This document shows, in pieces, positions 28,552-40,447 of a DNA stretch of 64,000 bases. Below the pieces are notes generated by a model that did no database searches, was not told where the DNA came from, and was given only the letters and a program-made list of their open reading frames with translations. The translations under genes and the position numbers were made by a program. Source of the DNA: Alphaproteobacteria bacterium (lineage in GTDB: Bacteria > Pseudomonadota > Alphaproteobacteria > UBA2966); contig OZ219856.1 in assembly GCA_964291395.2 (NCBI GenBank), forward strand, positions 448,001 through 512,000, read 5' to 3'. How positions within the stretch are numbered: position 1 is the first letter of the stretch; every line of letters starts with the position of its first letter.

Positions 28552-31500
28552 GTGAGCACGACGATTGGCAATTCCGGGCACTGGCAGTTCTGGATCGACC
28601 GGGGCGGCACTTTCACCGACCTCGTGGCCCGCCGACCCGACGGCACGCTGGTGACGCACAAGTTGCTGTCCGAAAATCCGGAGCGCTACGAAGACGCTGC
28701 GCTGCAGGGCATCCGCGACATGCTGGAGCTCTCCCCCGATGCGACGCTCCCCACGAAGTCCATCGAGGCGATCAAGATGGGCACGACCGTCGCCACCAAC
28801 GCGCTGCTCGAGCGCAAGGGCGACCGCACGGTGCTGCTCGTCACCAAGGGGTTCGGGGATGCGCTGAGGATCGGCTATCAAAACCGGCCCCACCTCTTCG
28901 CACGTCGGATCGTGCTCCCCGAGCTGCTTTACGAGCGGGTCGTGGAGGTCGACGAACGTTACACGGCGGACGGCGAGGTTCTGGCCGCGATCGACCTCGA
29001 GGGTACCCGTTCCGCGCTCCAGGATGCCTACGACGACGGCATTCGCTCCGCGGCCATCGTGTTTCTGCACGGGTATCGTTATCACGATCACGAGGAGGCC
29101 GCGGCAGCGCTCGCCCGTGAAATCGGCTTCACCCAGGTCTCGCTTTCACACGAGGTGAGCCCGTTGATGAAGCTCGTCGGGCGCGGCGATACCACAGTGG
29201 TTGATGCCTACGTGACGCCGATTCTGCATCGTTACGTAGGCCGGATCGCCGCCGAGTTGGGCGGCGCACGGCTCATGTTCATGCAGTCGAATGGCGGGCT
29301 GACTGACGCCCGGTTTTTCCAGGGCAAGGACAGCATTCTGTCAGGACCGGCCGGGGGCATCGTGGGCGCGGCGCGTACCGCCGAGATGGCCGGGTGTCAC
29401 AAGATCATCAGTTTCGACATGGGCGGCACCTCTACCGATGTCGCCCATTTTGCCGGCGAGTACGAACGTGCCTTCGAAACGCTGGTTGCCGGTGTGCGCA
29501 TGCGTGCGCCGATGATGCGCATTCACACGGTCGCGGCGGGCGGCGGCTCGATCCTGCATTTCGACGGCGCGCGCTACCGGGTCGGGCCGGATTCCGCGGG
29601 CGCCGATCCGGGTCCCGCCTGCTACCGTCGCGGCGGGCCTCTGACCGTGACCGACGCCAACGTCATGGTGGGAAAGATCCAGCCTGGGTTCTTTCCCAGA
29701 CTGTTCGGCCCGAACGGCGACGAGGCACTGGATGTCGAAATCGTCCATGCCAAGTTCGAGGCATTGGCCGCCGAGATCGAAGCCGCCACCGGCGACCGGC
29801 GTACGCCCGTGCAGGTGGCCGACGGCTTCCTGCAGATCGCCGTCGAGAACATGGCCCGCGCCATCAAGCAGATCTCGATCCAACGCGGCTATGACGTCAC
29901 CAAATATACCCTCAACTGCTTCGGCGGCGCGGGCGGTCAGCACGCCTGTCTGGTTGCCGATGCGCTCGGTATGACTCGGGTGTTCATCCATCCCTTTGCC
30001 GGCGTGCTGTCCGCCTACGGTATGGGCCTGGCGGATCTCAGGGTGATGCGCGAGCAGGCGGTGGAGGCGATATTGAGCGACGAGCTGATCGGGGATCTCA
30101 GCAAAACCCTCGACACGCTCGAGGCGAAGAGCCACGCCGAGTTGGTCCGCCAAGGGGTCGAAGCCTCGCGCATCAGCGGGCTTCGCAAGGTGCATCTGCG
30201 TTACGAAGGCACCGACTCACCCCTCGTGGTGAGCCTGAGCGACCGGGCCCGCATGATCGCCGAGTTCGAGGATGCTCACCAACAGCAGTATGGCTTTATC
30301 GCGCCGGAAAAGCGGCACATCGTCGAGGCGATTACGGTCGAGGTCGTCGGTGGTGCGCCCGAGGTGGCCGACCCGGAGCTCGAAGAGGCTGCCGGCGGCG
30401 CGCCCAGGGCCCTGTCCGAGGTCGAGACCCATATGGCCGGCAGTTCGCGGCACACGGCGGTTTACGACCGCGCTCAATTGAAGTCCGGCGCGCGGGTCCC
30501 CGGTCCCGCCATAGTCATCGAGGCCAACGCGACCACCGTCGTCGAACCGGGCTGGGCGGCTGAGGTCACCCGACGCGACCATCTGATGCTGAACCGCGTC
30601 GAGCCGCGTCCCGGCCAACCCACGCTCGGCACTGAAGCCGATCCCGTCATGCTCGAGGTGTTCAACAACCTGTTCATGTCGATCGCCGAGCAGACCGGAG
30701 TCGTGCTGCGCAACACATCTCATTCGGTCAACATAAAGGAGCGGCTCGACTTCTCCTGCGCCATATTCGGACCGGACGGCAATCTGGTGGCCAACGCGCC
30801 GCACATCCCGGTGCATCTCGGCTCCATGAGCGAGAGCGTCAAGACCGTCGGCGAACAGCGTCGGGGGACGATCAAACCGGGCGACGTGTTCATGCTCAAT
30901 ACGCCTTATAACGGCGGCACGCATCTGCCCGACATCACGGTCATCACGCCGGTGTTCGACCGGGCCGACAAGGACATTCTCTTTTATGTCGCCTCGCGCG
31001 GGCACCACGCCGAGATCGGCGGCATCACGCCGGGTTCGGTCCCGCCCGACAGCAGGCACATCGACGAGGAAGGGGTCCTGATCGACAACTTCCGTCTGGT
31101 TTCCGGCGGCAGGCTGATGGAGGACCAGACGAATGAGCTTTTCACCACGGCGCCCTATCCGACTCGCAACTTCCATCACAATCTGGCGGACCTCAAGGCC
31201 CAGATCGCAGCCAACGAGAAGGGTGTGCAGGAGTTGCGCAAGATGGTCGACCACTTCGGGCTGGATGTGGTGCATGCCTACATGAAGCACGTGCAGGACA
31301 ACGCGGAGGAGTCCGTGCGCCGGGTCCTGGGAGTGCTCAAGGACGGCAGTTTTGTCTACGAGATGGATTCCGGCGCCAAGATTTGTGTCGCCATAGAGGT
31401 CGACCAACGCGCGCGCGAGGCGGTCATCGATTTCACCGGAACCGCGAGCCAGCAGGACAGCAACTTCAACGCGCCGTCGGCGGTCTGCATGGCGGCGGTG

Positions 31501-32169
31501 CTTTACGTGTTCCGCCTCTTGGTGGACAGCGACATTCCGCTGAACCACGGCTGCCTCAAGCCGCTCAAGATGATCATTCCGGAACGCTCGATGCTGAGCC
31601 CGGAGTACCCTGCGGCGGTCGTCGCCGGCAATGTCGAGACCTCGCAGGCGGTCACCAACGCGGTGTTGGGCGCGTTGGGGATCATGGGGGCCGGCCAGGG
31701 CACGATGAACAACTTCACCTTCGGCAACGATGCCGGATACCAGAACTATGAGACCATCTGCGGTGGAGCCGGAGCGGGACCGGATTTTGACGGCGCTGAC
31801 GCGGTGCATACCCACATGACCAACACTCTGGCCACCGATCCGGAGATTCTTGAGTGGCGCTTTCCAGTGATCCTGGAGTCCTTCTCGATCCGCCACGGCT
31901 CTGGCGGGGCCGGGCGCCACCGGGGCGGTGATGGGATAATCCGGCGGGTCCGCTTCCGCGAGCCCATGACCGCGGCGATCGTCTCGGGTCACCGCCGGGT
32001 CCCGCCCTATGGCATGGCCGGCGGCGAGCCCGGTAAGACCGGGCACAACTATGTGGAGCGCGCTGACGGCACGGTGGACGAGCTGTCCGGCACCGACAAG
32101 GCCGACATGTACCCGGGGGACGTCTTCGTCATCGAGACTCCCGGGGGCGGAGGCTACGGCAGGACGTGA
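28552..32169 (+). CDS. Fused ATP-dependent 5-oxoprolinase / hydantoinase A+B
   Basis: [60 protein letters not shown]. Confidence 0.94.
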   Translation: MSTTIGNSGHWQFWIDRGGTFTDLVARRPDGTLVTHKLLSENPERYEDAALQGIRDMLELSPDATLPTKSIEAIKMGTTVATNALLERKGDRTVLLVTKGFGDALRIGYQNRPHLFARRIVLPELLYERVVEVDERYTADGEVLAAIDLEGTRSALQDAYDDGIRSAAIVFLHGYRYHDHEEAAAALAREIGFTQVSLSHEVSPLMKLVGRGDTTVVDAYVTPILHRYVGRIAAELGGARLMFMQSNGGLTDARFFQGKDSILSGPAGGIVGAARTAEMAGCHKIISFDMGGTSTDVAHFAGEYERAFETLVAGVRMRAPMMRIHTVAAGGGSILHFDGARYRVGPDSAGADPGPACYRRGGPLTVTDANVMVGKIQPGFFPRLFGPNGDEALDVEIVHAKFEALAAEIEAATGDRRTPVQVADGFLQIAVENMARAIKQISIQRGYDVTKYTLNCFGGAGGQHACLVADALGMTRVFIHPFAGVLSAYGMGLADLRVMREQAVEAILSDELIGDLSKTLDTLEAKSHAELVRQGVEASRISGLRKVHLRYEGTDSPLVVSLSDRARMIAEFEDAHQQQYGFIAPEKRHIVEAITVEVVGGAPEVADPELEEAAGGAPRALSEVETHMAGSSRHTAVYDRAQLKSGARVPGPAIVIEANATTVVEPGWAAEVTRRDHLMLNRVEPRPGQPTLGTEADPVMLEVFNNLFMSIAEQTGVVLRNTSHSVNIKERLDFSCAIFGPDGNLVANAPHIPVHLGSMSESVKTVGEQRRGTIKPGDVFMLNTPYNGGTHLPDITVITPVFDRADKDILFYVASRGHHAEIGGITPGSVPPDSRHIDEEGVLIDNFRLVSGGRLMEDQTNELFTTAPYPTRNFHHNLADLKAQIAANEKGVQELRKMVDHFGLDVVHAYMKHVQDNAEESVRRVLGVLKDGSFVYEMDSGAKICVAIEVDQRAREAVIDFTGTASQQDSNFNAPSAVCMAAVLYVFRLLVDSDIPLNHGCLKPLKMIIPERSMLSPEYPAAVVAGNVETSQAVTNAVLGALGIMGAGQGTMNNFTFGNDAGYQNYETICGGAGAGPDFDGADAVHTHMTNTLATDPEILEWRFPVILESFSIRHGSGGAGRHRGGDGIIRRVRFREPMTAAIVSGHRRVPPYGMAGGEPGKTGHNYVERADGTVDELSGTDKADMYPGDVFVIETPGGGGYGRT

Positions 32170-32211
32170 CCGCGATGCCGATGCAGGACCACGAACGACG
32201 TTCCGGCCGGC

Positions 32212-33165
32212 TCAGGATTTCTTCAGTCGCGGGATGATCTCCTTGGCGATGATCTCGACCTGCTCGATCTCATACCGGTAGGGCACGAAGATAATCCTCT
32301 GCACGCCGACGTCGATATGGGCCTGTAACTGTTCGACGCATTCTTCGACCGAACCCATGATTGCACTTTCCGGGGTCGAGTCGCTCCACGAGGCGAAGTC
32401 CCACTCGGTGCGTAGCCACTGGTCCATCGGCCCCGCCACCTCTTCGCGCTTGCCGATCATGATCGGCAGCTGGTTGCAGTTCTCGAGCGAATCCGGGTCC
32501 TTGCCGGCCTCTTCGGCAAAGGCGCGGACCTTGTTCCAGGATTCGGTGAAGCCTTCCGGCGTGTAGAAGTAGGTGAGCCAGCCATCCCCGGCCACAGCGG
32601 CGCGCTTGAGGACGCGGTCGACGTAGCCGCCGATCAAGATGGTCGGCCGGGGGGTTTGCACCGGTTTGGGAAACATCACGGAGTTGCGCAGGTTGTGCGG
32701 CGGGTATTCCCCCCTGACCATGTCCTCCTGCCACAGCCGGGTCATGATCTCGAGGTTCCGATCCATGATCTTGCCGCGCTTCGTGAAATCGATGCCGACG
32801 GCGTCGAACTCCCGCTTGTACCAGCCCGAGGCCATGCCCAGGACGAGGCGGCCGTTCGAGATTTGATCGATGCTCGAGAGCTGCTTGGCGAGCACGAGGG
32901 GATTGCGCAACGGCAGCACCAGGATGCCCGTGCCCAGCTTGATGGTCGAGGTGCGCGCGGCCACGGCGGTCAGCAGGGACAACGATTCGATTATCGGGAA
33001 GTGGGGATCGACGCCCAGCAGGATGTGGTCCCAGACCCAGACCGATTCGTAGCCCAACTCCTCCATGCGGACGCCGTACTCGATCAACGCCCCGGCATCG
33101 GGAAGCTCGGGGTAAGCTTGAAAGTTCCGCATGGCGATGCCGAAGGTCGTCGCATGTTCCGCCAT
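32212..33165 (-). CDS. LLM class flavin/F420-dependent oxidoreductase
   Basis: VWVWDH, KLGTGILVLPLRNP, SNGRLVLG..GW, PKPVQ. Confidence 0.9.
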   Translation of the reverse strand: MAEHATTFGIAMRNFQAYPELPDAGALIEYGVRMEELGYESVWVWDHILLGVDPHFPIIESLSLLTAVAARTSTIKLGTGILVLPLRNPLVLAKQLSSIDQISNGRLVLGMASGWYKREFDAVGIDFTKRGKIMDRNLEIMTRLWQEDMVRGEYPPHNLRNSVMFPKPVQTPRPTILIGGYVDRVLKRAAVAGDGWLTYFYTPEGFTESWNKVRAFAEEAGKDPDSLENCNQLPIMIGKREEVAGPMDQWLRTEWDFASWSDSTPESAIMGSVEECVEQLQAHIDVGVQRIIFVPYRYEIEQVEIIAKEIIPRLKKS

Positions 33166-33223
33166 CTGCGCCTCCTGTTGATCTGGAAATATTGAACCAG
33201 TACCGGAAACCGGCCGGACCTAT

Positions 33224-33997
33224 TCAGGCCGTATAGAGGCGGTCGGGATCAAGCTCGTTCAGAACCGCCAGCTCGCTTGCGCTCGGCGGCTCGGTGGTTT
33301 TCGCTTCGGGATCGATCCAGATGTCGAAACCGGTGTTGTCCCGCACCTGCTCGGCCGTCACGCCGGGGTGCAGGGTCTCGACCTTCATGCGTTTGGTCAC
33401 CCCATCGAATGCCAGTATCGCCAAGTCCGTGACGACGCGGTACATGCCGCCGCTCACCAAGCCCGAGTCCCGGCGATGGGTCGTACCTTCGAGATAGCCC
33501 GGGCTGGTCACGAAATCGACCTTTTCCACGAAGCGGCGCTTCTCGTGCTTCATGGCGACGATCATCTGCGTCAGGCTGGAAATGTCGTTGCCGCCTCCGG
33601 TTCCGGGCAGTCGGATCGCCGGCGCGTCGGGATCGCCGATGAACGAGCTGTTGAGGTTGCCGTACTGGTCGATCTGCGCGCCGCCCATGAAGCCGACGTC
33701 GACGTAGCCGCGCTGCAACAGCAGGAGCACGTCGGTGATGCTGAGCAGCATGTTGGCGCGCTTGGTGCAGCGCTGCTCGTTGGTCGAGGGGGGCAGTTCG
33801 CCGGGAACCACGAAGGGGCCCAGGACGCCGCCTTCGAAGAGTATCGTCAGTCCGGGTCCGTGCAGCCGCTGGGCCAGGGTCGCGGCCAGGAGCGGGATAC
33901 CGACGCCGGCGAAGACGCACTGCCCGTCCACCAAAAGCCGTGCACTCATGACCGCGAGTAGCTCGGACGCCGTATAGCCGTTCCGTTCAATCATCAT
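33224..33997 (-). CDS. CoA-transferase beta subunit (GctB/PcaJ-like)
   Basis: GVGIP, catalytic Glu in LFEGG, GAQID.YGNLNS, RLPGTGG.ND. Confidence 0.9.
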   Translation of the reverse strand: MMIERNGYTASELLAVMSARLLVDGQCVFAGVGIPLLAATLAQRLHGPGLTILFEGGVLGPFVVPGELPPSTNEQRCTKRANMLLSITDVLLLLQRGYVDVGFMGGAQIDQYGNLNSSFIGDPDAPAIRLPGTGGGNDISSLTQMIVAMKHEKRRFVEKVDFVTSPGYLEGTTHRRDSGLVSGGMYRVVTDLAILAFDGVTKRMKVETLHPGVTAEQVRDNTGFDIWIDPEAKTTEPPSASELAVLNELDPDRLYTA

Positions 33998-34940
33998 AGA
34001 TGCTCCTGCCTCGCCGCGTGGCGTCGAGCATGTTGGAGATGCCCAGCAGGCCGAGATACTCGGACCAGCTTTCGGGGCCGTAATAGTAGCGCTCGAGGTA
34101 TTCCTTGGCGCCGGTCACCGGGTCCTCGCGAATCGACTCCGCGTACTGGTCCAGGTGCACGAAGAACGGCTCGTACATGCCATAGCATTCGTGCGGCGCG
34201 GAGCCATAGGGCACCTCGACGACCGCGTCGACGGTGAAAAAGGGAATCTTCGTCTGATCGGGCGCCCGGCGGATCTGATCGTTCGAGACGATCCGCTCGG
34301 TGGTCAGGATGACGCGGTTCGCCGCCATCGCGATGTCGGCATCCATGAACTGCAGGCCGTCGATCTGGGCGTTGCCGTAAGCATCGCAGCGCTGGACATG
34401 GATCAGGGCGACGTCCGGGTTGAGCGCCGGAAGCAGCATCAAGCGCTCGCCCGTGTAGGGACAGTCCAACTCCTCGACGTCCGGGAGTTGGCCCGCCACA
34501 CCCGAGCCCAGCATCGAGCGGGTCGGCATGAAGGGTATGCCCATGGCGCCGGCACGGAAGCGCAGGCCGATGGACATGTGGCTCCACTCCTCGAAACGGG
34601 CCTGTTTCGTTTCGGTGTAATGGCGCATGACCTTTGAAATGCCCCAGACGATGCCCTGGCTGAACCAGCTCGTCATGATGTGCTGGCTGACGCCGGAGAC
34701 GTACAGCAGGTCGCCCTCGGTGGAAACGATACTGCGGGAGATTTTGAGATTCTTCTTCTTCTCCCGGATCAGGGTCCGGATCATCGCCGTCGGCGTGCGC
34801 GAGAGGGTGCAACCGCCGAGTGCGACGTGATTTCCGTCGCTGACGAGAGATGCCGCCGCCTCCAGGGACATGACCTTCTCGCGCAGGCTGCGGTCCCGTG
34901 CGGCCGTTTTTTCTCTTAGGTTGAGGTAGGGTTGCACCAT
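33987..34940 (-). CDS. CoA-transferase alpha subunit (GctA/PcaI-like)
   Basis: EEWSH, RAGAMGIPF, CPYTGE, PDVALIHVQRCD.YGN. Confidence 0.9.
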   Translation of the reverse strand: MVQPYLNLREKTAARDRSLREKVMSLEAAASLVSDGNHVALGGCTLSRTPTAMIRTLIREKKKNLKISRSIVSTEGDLLYVSGVSQHIMTSWFSQGIVWGISKVMRHYTETKQARFEEWSHMSIGLRFRAGAMGIPFMPTRSMLGSGVAGQLPDVEELDCPYTGERLMLLPALNPDVALIHVQRCDAYGNAQIDGLQFMDADIAMAANRVILTTERIVSNDQIRRAPDQTKIPFFTVDAVVEVPYGSAPHECYGMYEPFFVHLDQYAESIREDPVTGAKEYLERYYYGPESWSEYLGLLGISNMLDATRRGRSIYDD

Positions 34941-34969
34941 CCACGTCGCTCCAGCTTGATGGGCCAAAC

Positions 34970-36484
34970 TCAGGTGGGCAGGTTGACTCCGGCCCTGCCG
35001 TTGAAATCCTCGATCAGCTGATCCCACAGCGAAAGAGCCGCGCGAAGGTCCTGCCAGGTCCGCTGATCTTTCCGTCTATCGAAGTCTTCGAGCGCGACGC
35101 CCTGCTGTTCGACCCAGGTATAGTAACCGAGGTTGAAGATACGGCTGCGGTCCTGGTGATCGAGCTCCAGGAAATGGTCGCCGCCGATGCCGGCAAGGTG
35201 CCGGCCGTAAACCTCGGCAGCAGTGACCTGGTCGAAGCCGTCGGGAAAGTGGTGCTGCGCCCATTTGTCGCGTTCCGAGGCGTAGAGCGCGGCGCTGTCC
35301 GTGGCGACCGTGACGATGACGTCCTTTTCCGAGAGATCCAGACGTCGCGCCAGCTTTATGGCCGCCAGCACGTTGGCGATGCTCGACAGGCCGAGGCTGC
35401 TCAGGCTGGCGACGAAGCCCGGGTCGAAGCCCTTCCGCCGTATCAGGAATTCGCGTCCCTCCGCGCTGTTGAACAGGACGTTCAGGGAATCGCAGCTCTC
35501 GCCCGAGACACCAACCACGAAATCGCAATTCATGACGTTCTGGATAAGCGGGATATGCTTGTCGCCGATCCCCTGAATGTTGTGCTCGCCATAACCGTTG
35601 TAGAGCATGGTCGGGCACTCCACCGGCTCGACCGCCGCTATCCGCGCGCCGCAGCGCTCCTTCAGGTAATCCCCGGCGCCCAGGGTCCCGGCAGAGCCGG
35701 TGCCGGCGACGAAGGCTGCCAGATCCAGATCCGGTTCCGTTTTGCGGAGATCCTCGAAGATCCGCTCGAGCGCTTGTCCGGTGCACAGATAATGGACCAG
35801 ATAGTTACCGAACTCCGAGAACTGATTGAGGATGACGTTCGCCTTGTCGCCCGCCAGTTCCCAGCACTTGTCGTAGATCTCCTTGACGTTGCTCTCGGAG
35901 CCGGGCGTACGCACGATGTCGTCCGGATGCATGACCCAGTTTTGAAGCCATTCGAAGCGCTCTCGGCTCATGCCCTCGGGCAGTACCGCGACCCCATGAC
36001 AGCCCAGGATGCGCGAGATGGCGATGCCGCCCCTGCAATAGTTGCCGGTCGAGGGCCAGACCGCGCGTTGGGTCGTGGGATCAAACTGGCCGGTGACGAT
36101 GCGCGGCGCCAGGGAGCCATAGGCGGCGAGCACTTTGTGTGCGCCAATCATGGGAAAGCGCTCGCCCAGTGCCACTGCGATCCGCGCTTTTACTCCGGTC
36201 AGTGATTCGGGAAGCAGCAGAAAGCCCGGCACCTCCGTCCGGCCCCGGCCGCCGGCGTCGTTGAACCAGTGAACGCGAAACAGGTTTGCCGCACTGGGTG
36301 CCAGCGGATCGACTGCCTCCAGCTGACACTTGATGGCGTCGGGGATTTTCGCAGGATCGGCCAGTTCGGCGAACCGGGGCAGCATCACCCCCCTTCCGCG
36401 AAGGTGTTTGACGGCCCGGTCGCGGACCGTTGCGTCGACAATCTCTGTTGAAAGGCCCAAGGTGGTCGTCACTTCAGCCCCCAA
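34970..36484 (-). CDS. Fold-type II PLP-dependent enzyme (cysteine synthase-like, uncharacterised)
   Basis: HKV PLP-lysine, PSTGNY, NQF, GTGSAGT, IQGIG; start may be GTG at 36472. Confidence 0.85.
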   Translation of the reverse strand: MGAEVTTTLGLSTEIVDATVRDRAVKHLRGRGVMLPRFAELADPAKIPDAIKCQLEAVDPLAPSAANLFRVHWFNDAGGRGRTEVPGFLLLPESLTGVKARIAVALGERFPMIGAHKVLAAYGSLAPRIVTGQFDPTTQRAVWPSTGNYCRGGIAISRILGCHGVAVLPEGMSRERFEWLQNWVMHPDDIVRTPGSESNVKEIYDKCWELAGDKANVILNQFSEFGNYLVHYLCTGQALERIFEDLRKTEPDLDLAAFVAGTGSAGTLGAGDYLKERCGARIAAVEPVECPTMLYNGYGEHNIQGIGDKHIPLIQNVMNCDFVVGVSGESCDSLNVLFNSAEGREFLIRRKGFDPGFVASLSSLGLSSIANVLAAIKLARRLDLSEKDVIVTVATDSAALYASERDKWAQHHFPDGFDQVTAAEVYGRHLAGIGGDHFLELDHQDRSRIFNLGYYTWVEQQGVALEDFDRRKDQRTWQDLRAALSLWDQLIEDFNGRAGVNLPT

Positions 36485-36792
36485 CGCCCGATGACAACGA
36501 ACACCTCGGCTATCGCCCGAAAAAACGGAATCTGTTTATCATCCTATCTTTAGTATCATACGCACTTTATATGGGTGATACAAGCGTTGGCCCTGGTCAT
36601 CTACGATTCCGGCTTTCGGTTGAGGCGGGTCGGCGGTGACGGGAGTACCGCCTGAATACGATGAGGTGTTGCTCGATCTCGCGCCCAGGCTGTGGAACAA
36701 GGCTGGAGATCGATTGCATGGGATATGGTAAACGGCAGGAAGACAGCTCTTGCAGCCGGTTTGGGAACAGATAGTCAGGAGGGAACACCAGC

Positions 36793-37444
36793 ATGCTTCT
36801 CGTCGGTCGATACACGTCGCCGTTCTCCAGGCGAGTTGCGGTGAGTCTTTGTTATCTGGGGTTCGAGTACGAGCACAAGCCGATCAACGCCTGGAGCAAC
36901 CTGACCGAGATGCGCAGCTACAACCCGGTAGGGCGGGTCCCGGCGCTGGTGCTCGACGACGGCGAGGTGCTGTTCGACAGCGGCGCCATCCTGGATTACC
37001 TCGACTTCCTGGTGGGTCCGGAACGGGCGCTGACCCCGCTCACGGAGCCCGAACGGCACGGCGTCATGCGCGTCATCGTCTGCGCCATGGGCGCGCTTGA
37101 GAAGATGGTGCACTCGGTCTACGAGGTCGCGATGCATCCGGAAGAAAAGGTGCACGAGCCCTGGATCGACCACAACCTGAGCCAGACCGAGTTGGCCCTT
37201 ACTCTGGCTCGATCAGATCGGCCAGACACCCTGGATGGCGGGGGAGCGCCTCACCCAGGCCGACATAACCACCACGGTCGTCGCCCAGTTCGCACTGGCG
37301 CGCTATCCCGAGCGCTTTCCGCCCGGCACCTTTGCCAGTCTGGACGCGCTCTGCGCCCGCGTCATGGAGCTGCCGGCCTGGCAGGAGACCATTCCCTCGC
37401 CGGAAGATGCCAACGTGAAGGTGAGCATTCCCACCGAGGGGTAG
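36793..37444 (+). pseudogene. Glutathione S-transferase with a +1 frameshift near 37201 (pseudogene or sequencing error)
   Basis: SPF, NPVGRVPAL and DSGAI in the first frame; C-terminus LWLDQ..WMAGERLTQADI continues in another frame; span is 652 nt = 3n+1. Confidence 0.8.
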
Positions 37445-37928
37445 CGTTCCGGTTGCCTCGGGCCGGACGGTGCTCGAGCTCTACCTCGACGAAACGGAAC
37501 TCGCCGTCCTTGCCGGTGATCACGTCTTCTCGACGCCCGCCTCGAAGAGCGTGCCCTTACCGTTTGCAGCTCGGCACCGTTTGCAGCTTGGCGCGGGACT
37601 TTGCCTCACTCCGTCATCCCGGATGCGTGATCGCCGGTGCAATACGCGTTACTCTTCTCGGTGGATGCCGTCGCGCGTTTTTTCGCCCTGGGTACCGAGG
37701 AGATAAAATCTCTGTTCGATCAAACCGGATACGGCGGCAATTTGCGGCCCCGTCCGGCCGAAGCGGCGTAGAAGATTCGCGGTCACCTCGCGTCCTCCAC
37801 CGGGGAGACGGTTGGCGTCCGACCGGGGCGCAGGTCGCGTCTGCGATCGAAGCGCCGGCTTCGGCGAGGTCGCTCCGTCGCGGATGTACCGGGCGCCGGG
37901 CGGTCTGTTGCAGCGGAGGGCCGACGAT

Positions 37929-38966
37929 ATGATTTCCAGGTTGCTTGGACTTTTCTCTTCCGACATGGCGATCGATCTCGGCACCGCCAATACTCTCGTC
38001 TACGCCCGCGGCCGGGGTGTCGTCCTGAATGAACCGTCAGTGGTCGCTGTCGCCGATGAAAAAGGCAAGTCGCGAATCATTGCCGTTGGCGAACAGGCGA
38101 AACGCATGATCGGACGCACGCACGGAAATATCCGTGCCGTCCGGCCCATGCGAGGCGGCGTCATCGCGGACTTCGCGGTCGCCGGGGAATTGATCAAGCA
38201 TCTGATCCGCGAAATCCACAACAGAGGCCGCTTCACCAGCCCGCGGGTCGTTTTCACGGTACCCTCCGGCTCCACGGCCGTGGAACGCCGCTCGGTGCGC
38301 GAAGCCGCCGAGGCGGCCGGTGCCCGGCGCGTTTACCTGATCGAAGAGGCCATCGCTTCGGCGATCGGCGCCGGCCTGCCGGTCACGGAGGCGCGGGGCT
38401 CGATGATCGTGGACATCGGGGGCGGCACCACGGAAGTCGCCGTCCTGTCGCTCGGCAGCATCGTCAGCGCGCGGTCGGTGGACGTCGGCGGTCGTGTCAT
38501 GGACGAGGCGATCGTGGCGTGCGTCCGCCGCGCGCACAATGTGCTGATCGGCGATGCGAACGCCGAGGAGATCAAGCATGAAATCGGCGCGGCGAAAGCG
38601 CCGGGCCAGGGCGAAGGGCGTTCTCACGAGGTGCGTGGCCGCGATCTGATGAGCGGCGTGCCGTGCGCCCTGACGGTCAGCGAGCGGCAGATTGCGTCGG
38701 GCCTGGCGGAGCCCGTTGGAACCGTCGTCGAAACCGTGAAGACCGTGCTCGAACGCACGGCTCCGGAACTTGCCGCCGATATCGTGGACACGGGGATCGC
38801 GCTCACCGGAGGCGGCGCGCTCCTCGGAAGGATGGCCGATGTTCTGGAAGAGGCGACCGGTTTGTCGGTTGCGGTTGCCGAGGAGCCCCTTCTGTGCGGG
38901 GTCAGAGGTGCGGGCCGGGCCCTCGACGAGATGAGACGATTGAAGTCGGTGGTGGTGGGCACCTGA
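37929..38966 (+). CDS. mreB: MreB family actin-like protein, divergent orphan copy
   Basis: IDLGTANT, NEPSVVA, RPMRGGVIADF, VDIGGGTTE, LTGGGALL. Confidence 0.88.
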   Translation: MISRLLGLFSSDMAIDLGTANTLVYARGRGVVLNEPSVVAVADEKGKSRIIAVGEQAKRMIGRTHGNIRAVRPMRGGVIADFAVAGELIKHLIREIHNRGRFTSPRVVFTVPSGSTAVERRSVREAAEAAGARRVYLIEEAIASAIGAGLPVTEARGSMIVDIGGGTTEVAVLSLGSIVSARSVDVGGRVMDEAIVACVRRAHNVLIGDANAEEIKHEIGAAKAPGQGEGRSHEVRGRDLMSGVPCALTVSERQIASGLAEPVGTVVETVKTVLERTAPELAADIVDTGIALTGGGALLGRMADVLEEATGLSVAVAEEPLLCGVRGAGRALDEMRRLKSVVVGT

Positions 38967-39044
38967 CGGCGAATCCCGAACGGCGGGGGCTACGCCGGGT
39001 CCGACGACGACGCGTATGATGGCGCCGAGCGCGGGAAGGTGCGG

Positions 39045-40394
39045 ATGAATCTGTTCAGCATGTTGGAAGACCGGGGGAAGGCGGGCCGTCCTGTTCGCGT
39101 GGGCCTCGTTGGCGCCGGAAAGTTCGGGACGATGTTTCTCGCGCAATTGCGGCGCATGGCTGGCGTTCACCTCATGGGTATCGCGGACCTGGAGGTGGAC
39201 CGCGCACGAGGCTCGCTGCGGCGGGCGGGGTGGACGGAACCCCAATACGCCGCGACCTCTGCCGGTGACGCATATCGAAACGGCACGACCTGGCTGACCG
39301 AGGACGCGAAAGACCTGATCGCGTCGGACGGGATCGAAGTCGTCGTCGAGGCGACCGGCAATCCCGCGGCGGGCGTGCGCCACGCGCGTTCCTGTTTTCG
39401 AAACGGTCGCCACGTCGTGATGGTCAACGTCGAGGCGGATGCGCTCGTCGGTGCCATGCTGGCGAGGGAGGCGAAGCGATCGGGAGTCGTGTATTCGCTC
39501 GCTTATGGCGATCAGCCCGCGCTGATATGCGAGATGGTCGACTGGGCGCGCGCCAGCGGATTCGAGGTCGTCGCCGCCGGCAAGGGAACCAAGTATCTAC
39601 CGGCCTATCACGAATCCACGCCACAAACCGTATGGGAGCATTACGGGTTTTCGCAGGAGCAGCTCCGAACGGGCGACTTCAACCCGCGGATGTTCAACTC
39701 GTTCCTGGACGGCACCAAGTCGGCCATCGAAATGGCGGCCGTGGCCAACGCGACGGGTCTCACCCCGCCGCGGGACGGCCTGGGCTTCCCACCGGCGGGC
39801 GTTGACGACCTCGCCAATGTCTGCCGCCCGGCGCGGGATGGCGGTGCGCTGCATGACCGTGGTGTCGTGGAGGTCGTTTCCTGTCTGAACCGTGACGGCA
39901 GCCCGGTAGCGCGGGATATCAGGATGGGGGTCTACGTGACGATCGAAGCGACATCGGAATACGTCCGGTCCTGTTTCTCGGAGTACGGCTTGGCGGTGGA
40001 CGATTCGGGTGCGTTCGCGGCGATGTACAAGCCGTTTCATCTCATCGGCCTGGAGTTGGGAATCTCGATCGCCTCCGTCGCGTTGCGCAACGAGCCCACC
40101 GGTCGGCCGTCGGCGTGGCGCGGAGACGTCGTGGCGGTGGCCAAGCGCGATCTCGCGTCGGCGGAAGTGCTCGATGCCGAAGGCGGATACACCGTATGGG
40201 GCAAGCTCGTGCCGACCGATGCGTCCCTGGCCCTGGGGGCGCTTCCCATCGGGCTTGCCGAAGGTGCCCGACTCGCGTCGCCGGTTTCGCGGGGCGACGT
40301 CGTTCGCTGGCAGGACGTCTCGTTGCGTTCCGAGTCCGAAGCATTGACGCTGCGACGCGAGATGGAGGCGGAGTTTCGACGGGGCGCCGCCTGA
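39045..40394 (+). CDS. Homoserine-dehydrogenase-like NAD(P)-dependent oxidoreductase with C-terminal SAF domain
   Basis: GAGKFG, EATG, NVEAD, GDQP, DGTK, AKRDL..LD.EGG, LPIGL. Confidence 0.85.
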   Translation: MNLFSMLEDRGKAGRPVRVGLVGAGKFGTMFLAQLRRMAGVHLMGIADLEVDRARGSLRRAGWTEPQYAATSAGDAYRNGTTWLTEDAKDLIASDGIEVVVEATGNPAAGVRHARSCFRNGRHVVMVNVEADALVGAMLAREAKRSGVVYSLAYGDQPALICEMVDWARASGFEVVAAGKGTKYLPAYHESTPQTVWEHYGFSQEQLRTGDFNPRMFNSFLDGTKSAIEMAAVANATGLTPPRDGLGFPPAGVDDLANVCRPARDGGALHDRGVVEVVSCLNRDGSPVARDIRMGVYVTIEATSEYVRSCFSEYGLAVDDSGAFAAMYKPFHLIGLELGISIASVALRNEPTGRPSAWRGDVVAVAKRDLASAEVLDAEGGYTVWGKLVPTDASLALGALPIGLAEGARLASPVSRGDVVRWQDVSLRSESEALTLRREMEAEFRRGAA

Positions 40395-40447
40395 GGTCGG
40401 GAGCCGGCAAGACGGGCCGCCGCGACGCCGCTTCCCGGCCACGGCCT

